Origin: Hemiscyllium ocellatum
Taxonomy: Eukaryota
Direction: 5' to 3'
Length of the DNA stretch: 64,000 nucleotides
Assembly: GCF_020745735.1 (NCBI RefSeq)
Contig: NC_083409.1
Location: 36,414,048 to 36,478,047 of the forward strand
This document shows, piece after piece, positions 51,154-62,343 of the stretch. The first letter of the stretch is position 1. Each line of letters opens with the position of its first letter. The notes beneath the pieces were generated by a model, which worked only from the letters and a program-made list of their open reading frames with translations, was not told the origin of the DNA and searched no databases. The translations under genes were made by a program, and so were the position numbers.

Positions 51154-51426
51154 CCTTACATATTGAAGTCCCTGCTTTGGTTTCCTTGTAGCCATGTATC
51201 TGTAACTGCTGCCAGAGTTTATGATTCATCTGTTGTATTGCACATGCCGTGGGTCATCTATAAAGTTCTTGATTCAGTTCTGACCCTATCGCTTGGCAAA
51301 TTCTTATGTTTGCAATCACTGTCCCTTCCTGACATTCTTTGATTCTCTTTGCTACTTCATCTATTGTCTTGTCGTTTTCCTTACTTGATTTTTCACTATA
51401 TGTAGCCTCTGGGTTCTCGATGTTAG
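51154..51426 (-). pseudogene. Candidate exon (273 nt) of the minus-strand gene, with an in-frame TGA
   Basis: ctgttatctacag acceptor; AAGG|GTATGA donor (phase 1); frame ANIENPEATYSEK..ELYR*PTACAIQQMNHKLWQQLQIHGYKETKAGTSICK. Confidence 0.4.
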
Positions 51427-51449
51427 CTGTAGATAACAGTATCCACCCC

Positions 51450-51930
51450 ACGAACTGTACTATCCCCTATTATGACCACACTTCCATTAAATCTCTCCAC
51501 TTGAATGGTTTCCTGTAACTTAATGCTCATCTACACTACAACCTTGTCTTTTATCCATTCAAACCACAGGAATCTTAAACCTGTTGGAAACATGCAAAGG
51601 TTGAGGCTCTTGTGCATTCCCACCTTGTTGGCTTCCTTTATCTGCTTGAAATGCAGTCATCTCGTTCTGTCCCTGGCTACTGACCAAATCAGATAATGCT
51701 AGTCTAGCGGTTGTTAATGCCTTCTTGAACAAGGTGTTTAGGTAAGGTTCCTCCTCTTTGCTGGATTGCAATGCCTGTAGTCCAGCCTCCAGCTCAAAAA
51801 CTCTGAGCAGACGCCCAACCCAGGGTGCAGACACACCATAGATAGGTTGCCTTGGATTATTGTGGCATCCATGAACTCCCACATGCAGCAACAGTGACAC
51901 ATCACTTATCCTGCCATTGTTATTGTGTTA
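51450..51930 (-). mobile_element. CR1 ORF1 fragment
   Basis: ORF 51559-51900 LLRVFELEAGLQAL..YLNTLF..SNRFKI is homologous to ORF1 at 45581-45900. Confidence 0.75.
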
Positions 51931-53869
51931 AATAAATGCTATTTTTTTCCAATTTATTTATAATTTTTTCATTCTCCCAACTCCAGACTTATATTCTGTG
52001 AACCCAAGGCAACACTTGAAGAAGACCTATTGAAATTAGATGTCCTTGAGCCAAAAGTGCTTGTTCTTTTCCCCCAGCACCCATGTCGTGTGTGTGCAGG
52101 TGTAGAAATCTGTGAAGAACAATGACTGCAGAAATCTTTATTCATGTTGCACCACCAGGAAGAAAGGAAATGCCCACGTGGCCAGTGACAAGGAATGCCC
52201 TTCTCTTCAAGGGCAATGCCTACATGAACGAAAAAGTGAAAGGGAGGGCAGGAATTAAATCAAAATAAAATTGGAGGGGCAACCGAAAGTTCTTTATTCA
52301 CTCTTTGAAACATGTGTTTTTAATCTGGAAATCGTACAGAATGTGAACTTTGAAAGGAGATTGTTAGTTTTTGTGCATGTAATTTGTCTTGAAGTGCTCC
52401 TTTCATTTAGTTCTGATCCTAGCATTTGAAATAGTCTAAGCTTTTTAAGTAAAATGTCTGTAGCAAAAGAAAACCCTTTGTCAGTGTCAATCAGAATATG
52501 GGACAGTAATAAGTTGGCACTACAGGCATTTTTGATGGTTCATTTGCACTGAGAGTCTGAATAATTTCCATGCACCATTTATTTCATTTACCTATTGCAT
52601 TCCCAGTTACCTTCCCCCCCAACCCCACACCACCCCTCCCCCATTTATCTCTCAGCCACCCCGGCCCACAAGCCTTGTTCCTGATGAAGGGCTTATACCT
52701 GAAACATCGATTCTCTGCTCCTCGGATGATGCGTGACCTGCTGCGCTTTTCCAGCATCACACTCTCGACTCTGATCTCCAGCATCTGCAGTCCTCACTTG
52801 CTCCACCAGTTATTTCATGTCATGCTGAGCTGTCAATTTCTCCACAATTCCATGTGTTCGATCTGGACTTCTGCTCTGCATTTTCTCAAGTCCTTTCAGG
52901 TGCTTCCAACACTATGCACCATTTTGCACAATTGAAAAATTAGATGTGGTTTTTGAACATTAACTATGCTTAGATTTTGAGAATTTACTTCTGAGATTAA
53001 AGTGTCCAACTTGTGTTGCTTTCAAGTATTTATTTATTTTGAGACCCGCAACATTAAGTACTGTCAGACTTCGAAACAAAGCTATCATTTGTTGCTTTTG
53101 CCAATTTTATCTTTATTGTGTCTCTGCTGGGGAGTTTGACTTGCGAAACAAAAGCAAAATTCTTCAAAAGCTGGAAATCTGAAACACAATTAAAATTTCA
53201 AGTCCAAACATGACTTCTCCAGAATGCTCCAAAGAAGTCATCAGGCTCAAAAGGTTAACCTGTTTGTCTTCCCATCAGTGTTGGTGACATTTATAATGAT
53301 CTTGGAGCCAGATTATTATATGTCATTGTTCAATCCCATGTGGCTATGTCCTCAGAAAGAAGTTGGAGGTGGATTGCTAAGGGGGTCATGCAACTATTAA
53401 CCCTGAATTAACTATTAATCATTTGTTATCAGAAAAATGATTCCACCATCTATGCTTCATCTGTAGGACAGTAATTGATTCAACTTTGCTCATCGAGACA
53501 GTATTTCAGGTGATATATTGCCATAAAGTGGACTCTGAGTACTCAAGTCTGAAAGCTGGTAAAGCTATAGTACTGAAGCTGTACTGAGATCACTTTCTGA
53601 TCTTTCTTGACCATTCAATTTTTAATAGACAAGATTAAAGTTGAAATAGGCTTTCCCATGCTCCCCTAAAGGTCAACTCTCTGAAAGTAATGTGATCAAC
53701 TAAAGTATCAGGATGTAGGTCATTGTACCATGTGTAACATCTAGTACCCATGCAGTAAAATATTCAGCAGCTAAACAAAGAAGAGAATCTCTCTCTCCCC
53801 ATCATGTCTAAAAGTCAAAGTCTTAAATCATTTTGTGATCGCACTTCAGAAAAATTACTTTAGAAGCTA

Positions 53870-54546
53870 TCAGTGCATTAGTGTGCAAAATAGTGAGTGG
53901 TGCTGCCTATCAAAGATGGTTCAATTGCCTCTCCTCCAACCTCGTTTACTGCATCAGGTGCTCCCGATGTGGTCTTCTTGACATTGAGACGACCAAATGT
54001 AAATTCGGAATGTTTTGCCAAGCGTCTCAGCCAGGCCCGTAAGGGACAGCCTGACTTTCTGGTCACCACCCATTTCAATCCCACTTAACTCCCTCTCAGA
54101 CATATCCATCCTCAGTTTCCTCCGTTGTGATAGTGTATCAGACTGCAAATTAGAGGAACAACATCTCATCTTCTGTTTGAGCAGTCTACAACCTGGAGGA
54201 CTCAACATTGAATTCTCCAATTTCAAATAAGCCCCCCCGCCCCCCCATCCCCTGACTCCCTTTCCAGCTCCTCCCCCTCCCTTCTATCCCTTTGACCGAA
54301 CCTTCCTTCCAGCCTCCAATCAGATTAATTCCTCCCATTGACCAACCAGGTCATACCCATCAGCTGTATTCACCTATGATTACCGCACCACTTGGCCTTT
54401 CTCCCCACCCAATCTCCCTCCTTCTCTTTATCTGCAGCTCCCCCTACCCTCACTTTTGTTCCTGAAGAAGGGTTACACCCGAAACGTTGACTTCACCACC
54501 TCTTTACCTGGCTTGCCGTGTTCTTCCTGCCTCCTGCTTGCCTAGG
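53870..54546 (+). mobile_element. Penelope-like element 3' end (GIY-YIG + terminal repeat)
   Basis: ORF 54015-54230 KLEEQHLIFCLSSLQPGGLNIEFSNFK*; hammerhead core at about 54459-54492. Confidence 0.85.
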
Positions 54547-54615
54547 ATTTTAGAAAGCATTTTCAATGTAGGTGGTTAGTGTAAGACCTTGATCGTGTAT
54601 GTTTGACCCTCTTAC

Positions 54616-54708
54616 CGAAACCAGCTGGTCAACTTTATGAATGGTCTCCACTTCCTGATAAATCACACTGAATCTCTTCAAAACAACATCCAGCGTACTA
54701 CACCTCCA
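54616..54708 (-). CDS. Candidate internal exon (93 nt, phase 0-0) of the minus-strand gene
   Basis: TAG acceptor, CG|GTAAGA donor; only one frame is open: WRCSTLDVVLKRFSVIYQEVETIHKVDQLVS. Confidence 0.45.
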
Positions 54709-56029
54709 CTATATCAGTGCCAGAAAGTTAGAAGTGACAATATGATCCCAAATAAACAAACATTCAAAGATGGCAGGCTAGTCAGGTGAGCTTTGGAAAA
54801 AGAGATAGTTGAAAAACAATGTAGGGTTGAGGATTTCAGCAGTACATGAGCTGAGGCAAGAATAATAGTTGAATGGTTGAAAGCAGTAAACTTTAGTGAG
54901 GGTACAGATGTGTGGCTGGAAACCTATCTCATCAGGTACAGCACCCAGGTTAGGAATGGCCTGGTTCTGTCTTGGGAATGGTGTCTGTAGCTGTTGATAG
55001 AGGAGAGAGAAAGGGAAGATTAACATAGCAGCAGTTGCCTGCAATTTTGGGTCAGATGTTGTTGTGTGATCTGTACTGGGCAGGTGTGAGTGCTAAGTCG
55101 ATAAAATGTGAAGCTGGAAGAAGCACAATAGGACAAGCAGCATCAGAAAAGCAGGAGAGCTGATGTTTTGGGCAAGAGCTTTCATCATGAATGCTGCCAA
55201 ATGTACACTGGCCACACAAGGAGACGTTTCATTGTGATATTAATCAATGTACCATTGTGTCTCATAACATGATACATATTTCACTAAATAGGTCTGTATT
55301 GACTGATAATTGATCACACTTTCCCTTAACTTTATCTATGCGTATGTATGAAACCCATGTTAACTAGACTTATCGATATCTATGTTTACAAGTACGTGCG
55401 GCCAACTCTTGTTTCATTAAAAAGGTCAAACAACTAAGGCTTCTTCTGCTGCAAGCAACTTCTGTCGTGACTGATTTTGTGGAAGTACTGTGGCTTGTTA
55501 ATGGAGAACAAAAAGACTGTTGTGCTTACACAGCATCTTTCACAATCCTCCACATTCTAAGACGTGTCAGAGCTAATTGAATACTTCTCAAATGTAGTCA
55601 CCGCTGTAATGCAAGAAATACAACAGCTCCCACACACAGCAAACTTGCATAACTGGCATTGTGATACTTAGACTTTTCTTGTAATGTTGATTGAGGCAGA
55701 AATAGTGGCTAGGACACAGAGGTTAATGCACTTCAGAATAGTGACATAGGATACTGAGTTGGAGACAGGTTTAGAACTCATTTGAAAAATGACACCTTTG
55801 ACAGTGCAGCACTCCCTCTCACTGCACCTGGAATGACAGCCACTGAAATAACTCAACAGAAGTCAGTGCCCTGTCACCAAGTTAGCCTTCAATGGCACTT
55901 GTATAGTACTTGACAATGACCTAGTTTCCTCAGAGTCAGCTCTCAGAATGAAAAGAACCTCTGACACTCCTGTATGTATCTTTCAGCCAGGGCTCCCTGA
56001 TTTGACCAGGTTAACGGCCCCAATCAGGG

Positions 56030-56587
56030 AACTCATTTTCTATAAGGTTCACCTGGCTGACCTCGTTGCAATCATGACGGCCATATCTTTGTGACTGAAA
56101 TCCTCAACTTTCTGATGGCAGAAAAGTGCTACCAACTGAGCCATAGCTGAGACAGCTGACATTGTGATTTTGAAGCGAGCAGTTGTATCCATTCAGGGAG
56201 GCAGGTGAAGTTGGTGACACAAAGTCTTCACAGTCCAAGCAAAAGATATTGGAGTTTTTCTTGAAACCTTATTAGGCCTGCAACATGGCAATAAATGGAA
56301 CAGAGACTACAGAAAGGGGAAGATCTGTAAAATTGGAAGAGCACTACATATAAGATCTGATCTTACCACCATGGATTTTCATGAGCTTTTCCCATACCTC
56401 CACCTAACCTAGAAGCTGGGTCATAGAACCAAGTGACTTCCTTCATGTTGCCAGGGATAGCAACAATATCAGCTGTATCAGCTATGGGCTCTTTTCTGCT
56501 ATCAGAACATTGAAGATTTCAGTCACAAAGATATGCTGTAGTGATTGCAATGAGGTCAGCCAGGTGAACCTCATAGAATATGAATTT
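56030..56587. repeat. Inner inverted repeat: arms about 56030-56166 and 56462-56587
   Basis: ggttcacctggctgacctc...catatctttgtgactgaaatc...catagctga is present in both orientations. Confidence 0.85.
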
Positions 56588-57005
56588 GAGCTGTAGGGAG
56601 AGGCTGAACAGGCTGCGGCTGTTTTCCTTGGAGTGTCGGATGCTGAGGGGTGACCTTGTAGAGGTTTATAAAATCATGGATAGGATGAATAGACTAGGTC
56701 TTTTCCCTAGGGTGGGGAGTCCAGAACCAGAGGGCATAGGTTTAGGGTGAGAAGGAAAAAATTTAAAAGGGACCTAAGGGGTAACTTTTTAACACACAGG
56801 GTGGTCCATGTATGGAATGAGCTGCTAGAGGAAGTGGTGGAGGCTGGTCCAATTACAACATTAAAAGGCACCTTGAAGGTTATATTAACAGGAAGGGTTT
56901 AGAGGGATAGTGCTGGCAAATGGAACTAGATTTGGTTGGGATGTCAGGTCAGCATGGACGAGTTGGACCGAAGGATCTGTTTCCGTACTGTACATCTCTA
57001 TGACT
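56588..57005 (+). mobile_element. CR1 LINE 3' end
   Basis: Very similar to 11565-12002; tail ctctatgact. Confidence 0.9.
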
Positions 57006-58736
57006 TTATGTCCCTCTGGTCTGGAGTCTTGCTCAGGGGAAGGGCTTTTCACCTTTAATTTGCCATGTCCACAATAAATGAAAAGTGATCATAAGTTGTC
57101 CTTATATTTGCCACATTTTGTTATTTGCATTTTAATAAGATCTTGGCTGGACCAAGTGAAACCAATCATGTGATCCAAGTTTACTAGAATTTCTGGAAAG
57201 TTCCAATCGACATTTAGCAGGATACAGTTCGGAAACCAACTGTGGTAGTTTTAAGCCAGCTTTTTAACAGATGGAGTTTGTCTCATTGATCTGGTTTTGA
57301 TTCCCTAAGTTTCTCATTGCTTGCTCTCAGGGAAGTCTGCAGGTGGATCTTTCTTGGGAACATTGGTACATATAGAGTGCAGGCAATGGATTAACAAGCC
57401 ATAATAGAGTGGGAAATTCAGATACAGCATGGATGGGGTTGCTTATCTGTCAGAGAATGTGTGGGAGAGTGATGTTTACAATAACAGGAAGCCAGGATGG
57501 AGGTGGTCACTAGTGACTTCCCCTTATGATTCACATTGTCTGAGTATCACTGTCATTTATGTTTGTTTGGGATCATGTTGTCACTTCTAATTTTCTGGCA
57601 CTGATATAGTGGAGGTGTAGTACGCTGGATGTTGTTTTGAAGAGATTCAGGAAGTGGAGACCATTCATAAAGTTGACCAGCTGGTTTCGGTAAGAGGGTC
57701 AAACATACACGATCAAGGTCTTACACTCACCTACATTGAAAATGCTTTCTAAAATAATCTGAAAGCAGGCGTAGAGTTACTGGAGGAACTGGACGCTCTG
57801 AGGAAGTGTCACCGGATCTGAAACGTTAACCCTGATTTCGCTTTACAGATGCTGCCAGACCGACTAAGCCTTTCCAGCAACTTCTGTTTTTGTTATAGCT
57901 ACTGAAGCTCACAGCTGCCTATGATACAGTGGTTCATTGGTCTTCTCCTAAAGCTTTCCAGCCTGGGAAGGGACTGTTATTGAAATACACCTTTGCAAGA
58001 GAAGACTTAGTGTCCACCTTGATAAGGAAGAAGTAAGTGGAGAAGACTGGCCATTGGACACCCACAAGACTCAGTGCTAGATCCGATGTGATCAACATGT
58101 GCACAAACAATCTACCAACCAACAGCAACTCTTGGCAAGGTCATCTATACTAATTAGCTCTATCATACCACCTAAGCTTCATCTTTCTGTACTATTGGAC
58201 CAGATTAAGGATTGTACCGAGGTACTCTGTACCTCAGATGGTGCCATGTGTTGGTGACATTGTCACACTGTAGCTAATTTTGTTACTGAAGAAGCTGTAC
58301 CTGGCTACCTTTGTAGCTAAGATGATGCTGTAAGTTACAACATATAAACGTTTCACTGTACTCATTTGAGTACATGTGACAACAAAGCTCACTCATTCAT
58401 TCATTCAAAGACATAGCACAGTTGCAGTGTTTTATAAGATCAACCAGAGCAATTAACAAAGCTACCTTTTTTCCTCTCTGCATGGATTCTGCTAGACTAG
58501 CTGAATATTTTCAGCATTTTCTGTTTCTACATTAGGTTTCCACCAGCAGCAGTGTACTGCCTGCCATTATTGCTTTTCTTGCATTGTCTACATCACCCTT
58601 TGTCCTGCTATTGGCCTGAATCCTCTGGGGATTGACGGGGCATCTGATCTCCAACAGAGGCATGTGCTTTCTCCTGTGTTGGATATATGATGCATGATCT
58701 TTGGATGATGAGTGCAAGTGGGAATCAGGTTCTTAC

Positions 58737-58785
58737 TCTGAGTTAGAACTCGTAGGCGAAAAGTTGAAGAATGACGTGACACCCT
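58737..58785 (-). CDS. Possible 49-nt exon of the minus-strand gene
   Basis: tgtttctacattcag acceptor and GTAAGA donor in unique sequence; phase link to the next candidate exon is unresolved. Confidence 0.3.
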
Positions 58786-59399
58786 CTGAATGTAGAAACA
58801 GCATCGTCACTTCACCCTTATCTGAAATAAATTATAAAGCATGTAAATAAATGCATCACAGCTGTTTGTGGCTGATCAAATCTATTGAGTGAGTCAGAGC
58901 CTTCAGCCACCACAAACAGAAAAATGTATTTCTGTGGGTAGCATAAAGGAAGTGACTAATATTTAAATATAAAACCAAACAATAAAAAGATTGACAGGAT
59001 AACAATTTGTATTTAGAATTTGTCACTTGCTATTTACTTTCTTTTGTAGTAATAAGAACAAGCACTCAGAACAGGTATTGGTTAACTTACAATCGCACTG
59101 AGGAACAAATGAATATGAAGGAAAGCATGGAAGTGATTTTAATTTGTGTATTATATCTCACTCTTCTCTCCCTTTACTACTTTTTCTGTCTCCTCACAAA
59201 TCTTCCACCCTCACCAGATAAACAACACTTGAACACCCATCATCTTTGCAAATTGTTTCCTCAGAAAGTGCTATTGCTTCCAAAATCCATTTCCATCTTT
59301 CCTGGAACGCTGCTTATTAATCCCTTCATTCAGCTTTCTGTCCCTGACTCAGTATTGAAACTGGTCCCCTTGAGTCACATTCAAGACATCCTGGAAATT

Positions 59400-61260
59400 T
59401 GAAAGTAAAGATGGAAGTGCAGGGGGAAACCCATCATGTCTGGCAGCGTCTGTGCAGGGAGAAACAGAGTTTATGTTTCAGTTCCAGTACTCGTCAGGAG
59501 AGACGACAGAGGTATTCTACGAAGAGGCTACACAGTCTGTGTTTGGTCTCCCCAGTGTAAAGGTGAACAGTGAATACAGGAGACTAGATTGGAAGAAGTA
59601 CAAGTGACATTCTGCTTCACCTGGAAGATGTGTTTGGGGCCTTGAACAGTCAGGATTCAGGAGGCAAAAGGGCAGTATCCTGTTCAGGGCCAACTTTGGA
59701 ATATCCGTCTCCCTGATATTGGAAGGATATTGTAAGACTTGAAAGGATACAGAAAAGATTTACAAAGTTGCTGTCAGGGTCGGAGCTATGGAGATAGGCT
59801 GATTATAGAATCCCTACAGCGATTTGGCCCAACAAGTCCACACCAACCCTCTGAATGGAGTCCCACCCAGACCCATTTCCTTACATTTCCCCTGCCTAAC
59901 GCACCTAATCCCCACTCCCTGAACACGAAATTGGCAATTTAGCATGGCTAATTCATCTAACCTGCACATCCTTGGACTGTAGGAGGAAGCTGGAGCACCC
60001 GAAGAAAACCCCACACAGACACAGAGAGTGTGCAAACTCCACACAGTCACCCAAGGCTGGAATTGAACCCGGACCCCTGGCACTACGAGGCAGCAGTGTT
60101 AACCACTGAGCCACCATGCCATCCTTATTATGCTGGAGGTATTTTCTTTGGAGTGTCAGAGGCTGAGGACTGACCTTATGGAGGTGTATAAGGTCATGAG
60201 AGGCATGGATAGGGTAAATAGTCAAGGTCTTTTCCCCTGGGTGGGTGAATCCATGACTAGAGGGCATCGGTTTAAGGTGAGAGTGGAAAGATATAAACGG
60301 ACGTAAGGGGCAACTTTTTCATGCAGAGGGTGGTGCATGTACGGAATGAGCTGCCAGAGGAAATAGTGGAGGCTAGTACAATTACAAGATTTAAAGGGCA
60401 TCTGGATGGGTATATCACTAGGAAGGTTTTAGAGGGATATGAAACAAAAGCTAGCAAATTGGACTAGATTATTTTAGGATATCTGGTCAGCATGGATAGG
60501 ATAGACCGAAAAGTCTACTTTCTTGCTGCACAGCTCTGTGGCTCTAGTACGCTAAGTGTTACACCTTTGGAATTGAATTGGAAGGTGTCATGAAGTGCAG
60601 GGTGTGGTATTGAGGAAGTGTTAAGAGTGTTGGAGGAAAGCACCAGCATCTCCCAGAGTGAATGGCACGTGTGGAGGGGAGAGGAAGATGCTTTTGGTGG
60701 TGGCTCCCTCCTGGAGGTAGCAAATGTGCTGAGGATGATCCTTTGAATGTGGAGAATGGTGGGTTGAAATGTAAGGAGAACCGTGTTATTATTCTGGGTA
60801 GGAGGGGAAGGGGACAGGTCAGAAGTTTGGGAGTTGGGTTGGACCCGGCGCAGGGCCCTGTCAACCATAGTTGGGGATGTGGAAACGTGGGAGTGGAATC
60901 CTAAGCTGAGGAAAGAAGAGGACATATGGCGATGCTCCAATGGAGCTTGGCATCATTGGAAAAGATGAGAAAGGCGGACAAACTGGGAAAATGAAATGGA
61001 GTCCTTGCAGGAAGCAGAATGCAAGGAGTTGTAGTCAAAGAAACCATGGGAGTGGGAGGGTTTGTTGTGGTTATTGGTGGACTAGTGTCTCCCCAGAAAT
61101 GGAAAAAGTGAATTCAAGGAAGGGAAGGGTGAAAGATAGACCCAGTTAACATTAGGGAAGGGATGGAAATTGGAAGGAAAACTGATTATTATTCTATTTG
61201 TCATTGAAAGAAGCAACCCCGATGACATTATGATCAGAGAAAGAGTTGTGGGTGGGTCCC
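59400..61260. mobile_element. Nested cluster: Penelope (-) interrupted by a CR1 3' end (+, about 59680-60520), itself interrupted by an HE1 SINE (-, about 59803-60120)
   Basis: ORF 60515-60940 VLLTFQPTILHIQRIIL (PLE); CR1 tail; SINE head and V-core. Confidence 0.8.
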
Positions 61261-62059
61261 TTCCTCCACTGGCAACCTGTTGACTACACCATCCCTCCCC
61301 ACCATCTCTCCACTGTCTCAATTGTGTTTGGTCTTTACTATAGCCTTATGGTCTGTATCCACGAGAATTGAGGTATATGAGCGATGATCTTTTTGAAACT
61401 TTTAAGACCCTGAGGGGATTTAAAAGGGATTAATACTGAAACAATAGACTCAAACCAAGGGATTAGTGGGTGAAGGATTTAAGTGATTCAAGAAATTTCA
61501 TCAGCCACAAACAATTGTGATGCATTTCTTTACATATCAGCCAATTTAGTTCAACAGAGATTATGTGATAATGTTACTTCCACATTCAGTGAAAGTGAAA
61601 TAATTTATAACCTTCTGTCCACAAGTGTGAACAATAAGGGTTCTCCCACCTAAAGACGGGGGAGACGCAGTGAACATCTTTTCTCTTTGAAAGTCATTAG
61701 TTTATGAAACTCTCTTCCTCAAAAAACAGTGGAGGCAGGATCATTGTGTAGTTTTGTGACTGATCATTTAGGTTCTTGACTGACAAAGATGGCATAAGTG
61801 CTCAGGGCTTACAAAATTGGTGTTGAACAGGAGTACTGTTAAAATATTTTGAATGTTGCACTCCCCTAATCTCTCCTAGATCAATTAATACCTCTCCTCC
61901 AACTCACAAATGTCCCTCTTCTCTTTGTTGACGTACAACTACGCCTGCTATGGTACCTTGCCATTGCTTATGGATGAGCTTATTCAGGAGACCCATGAAC
62001 TACAGGCTAAATCTAGATCCCTTTCCACGTTGCTCTGACCTACAGAAACCCACTTAACT

Positions 62060-62343
62060 AGATTAGATTCCCTACAGTGCGGAAACAGGTTCACACCGAC
62101 CCTCCAAAGAATAACCCACCCAGACCCATTTCCCTCTGTCCACCTAACACTAAGGGCAATTTAACATGGTCAATTCACCTATCCTGTACATCTTTGGACT
62201 GTGGGAGGAAACTGGAACAACCAGAGGAAACCCACGAAGACACGGGGAGAATGTGCAATCTCCACACAGGCTGAGGCTGGAATCAAACCTGGCACCCTGG
62301 GGCTGTGAGGCAGCAGTGCAAACCACTGAGCCACCGTGCCACC
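62060..62343 (-). mobile_element. HE1-like V-SINE
   Basis: tRNA head, V-core, (AATCT)n tail. Confidence 0.9.

Larger units (their letters stand above)
54547..57755. repeat. Long-spaced inverted repeat: arms about 54547-54760 and 57561-57755
   Basis: Nearly identical reverse complements apart from a 13-nt indel and a small indel. Confidence 0.9.

Noticed and set aside
51254-51256. In-frame TGA as selenocysteine
   Set aside because: No redox motif context and no SECIS recognised downstream of 32273; a nonsense mutation is simpler
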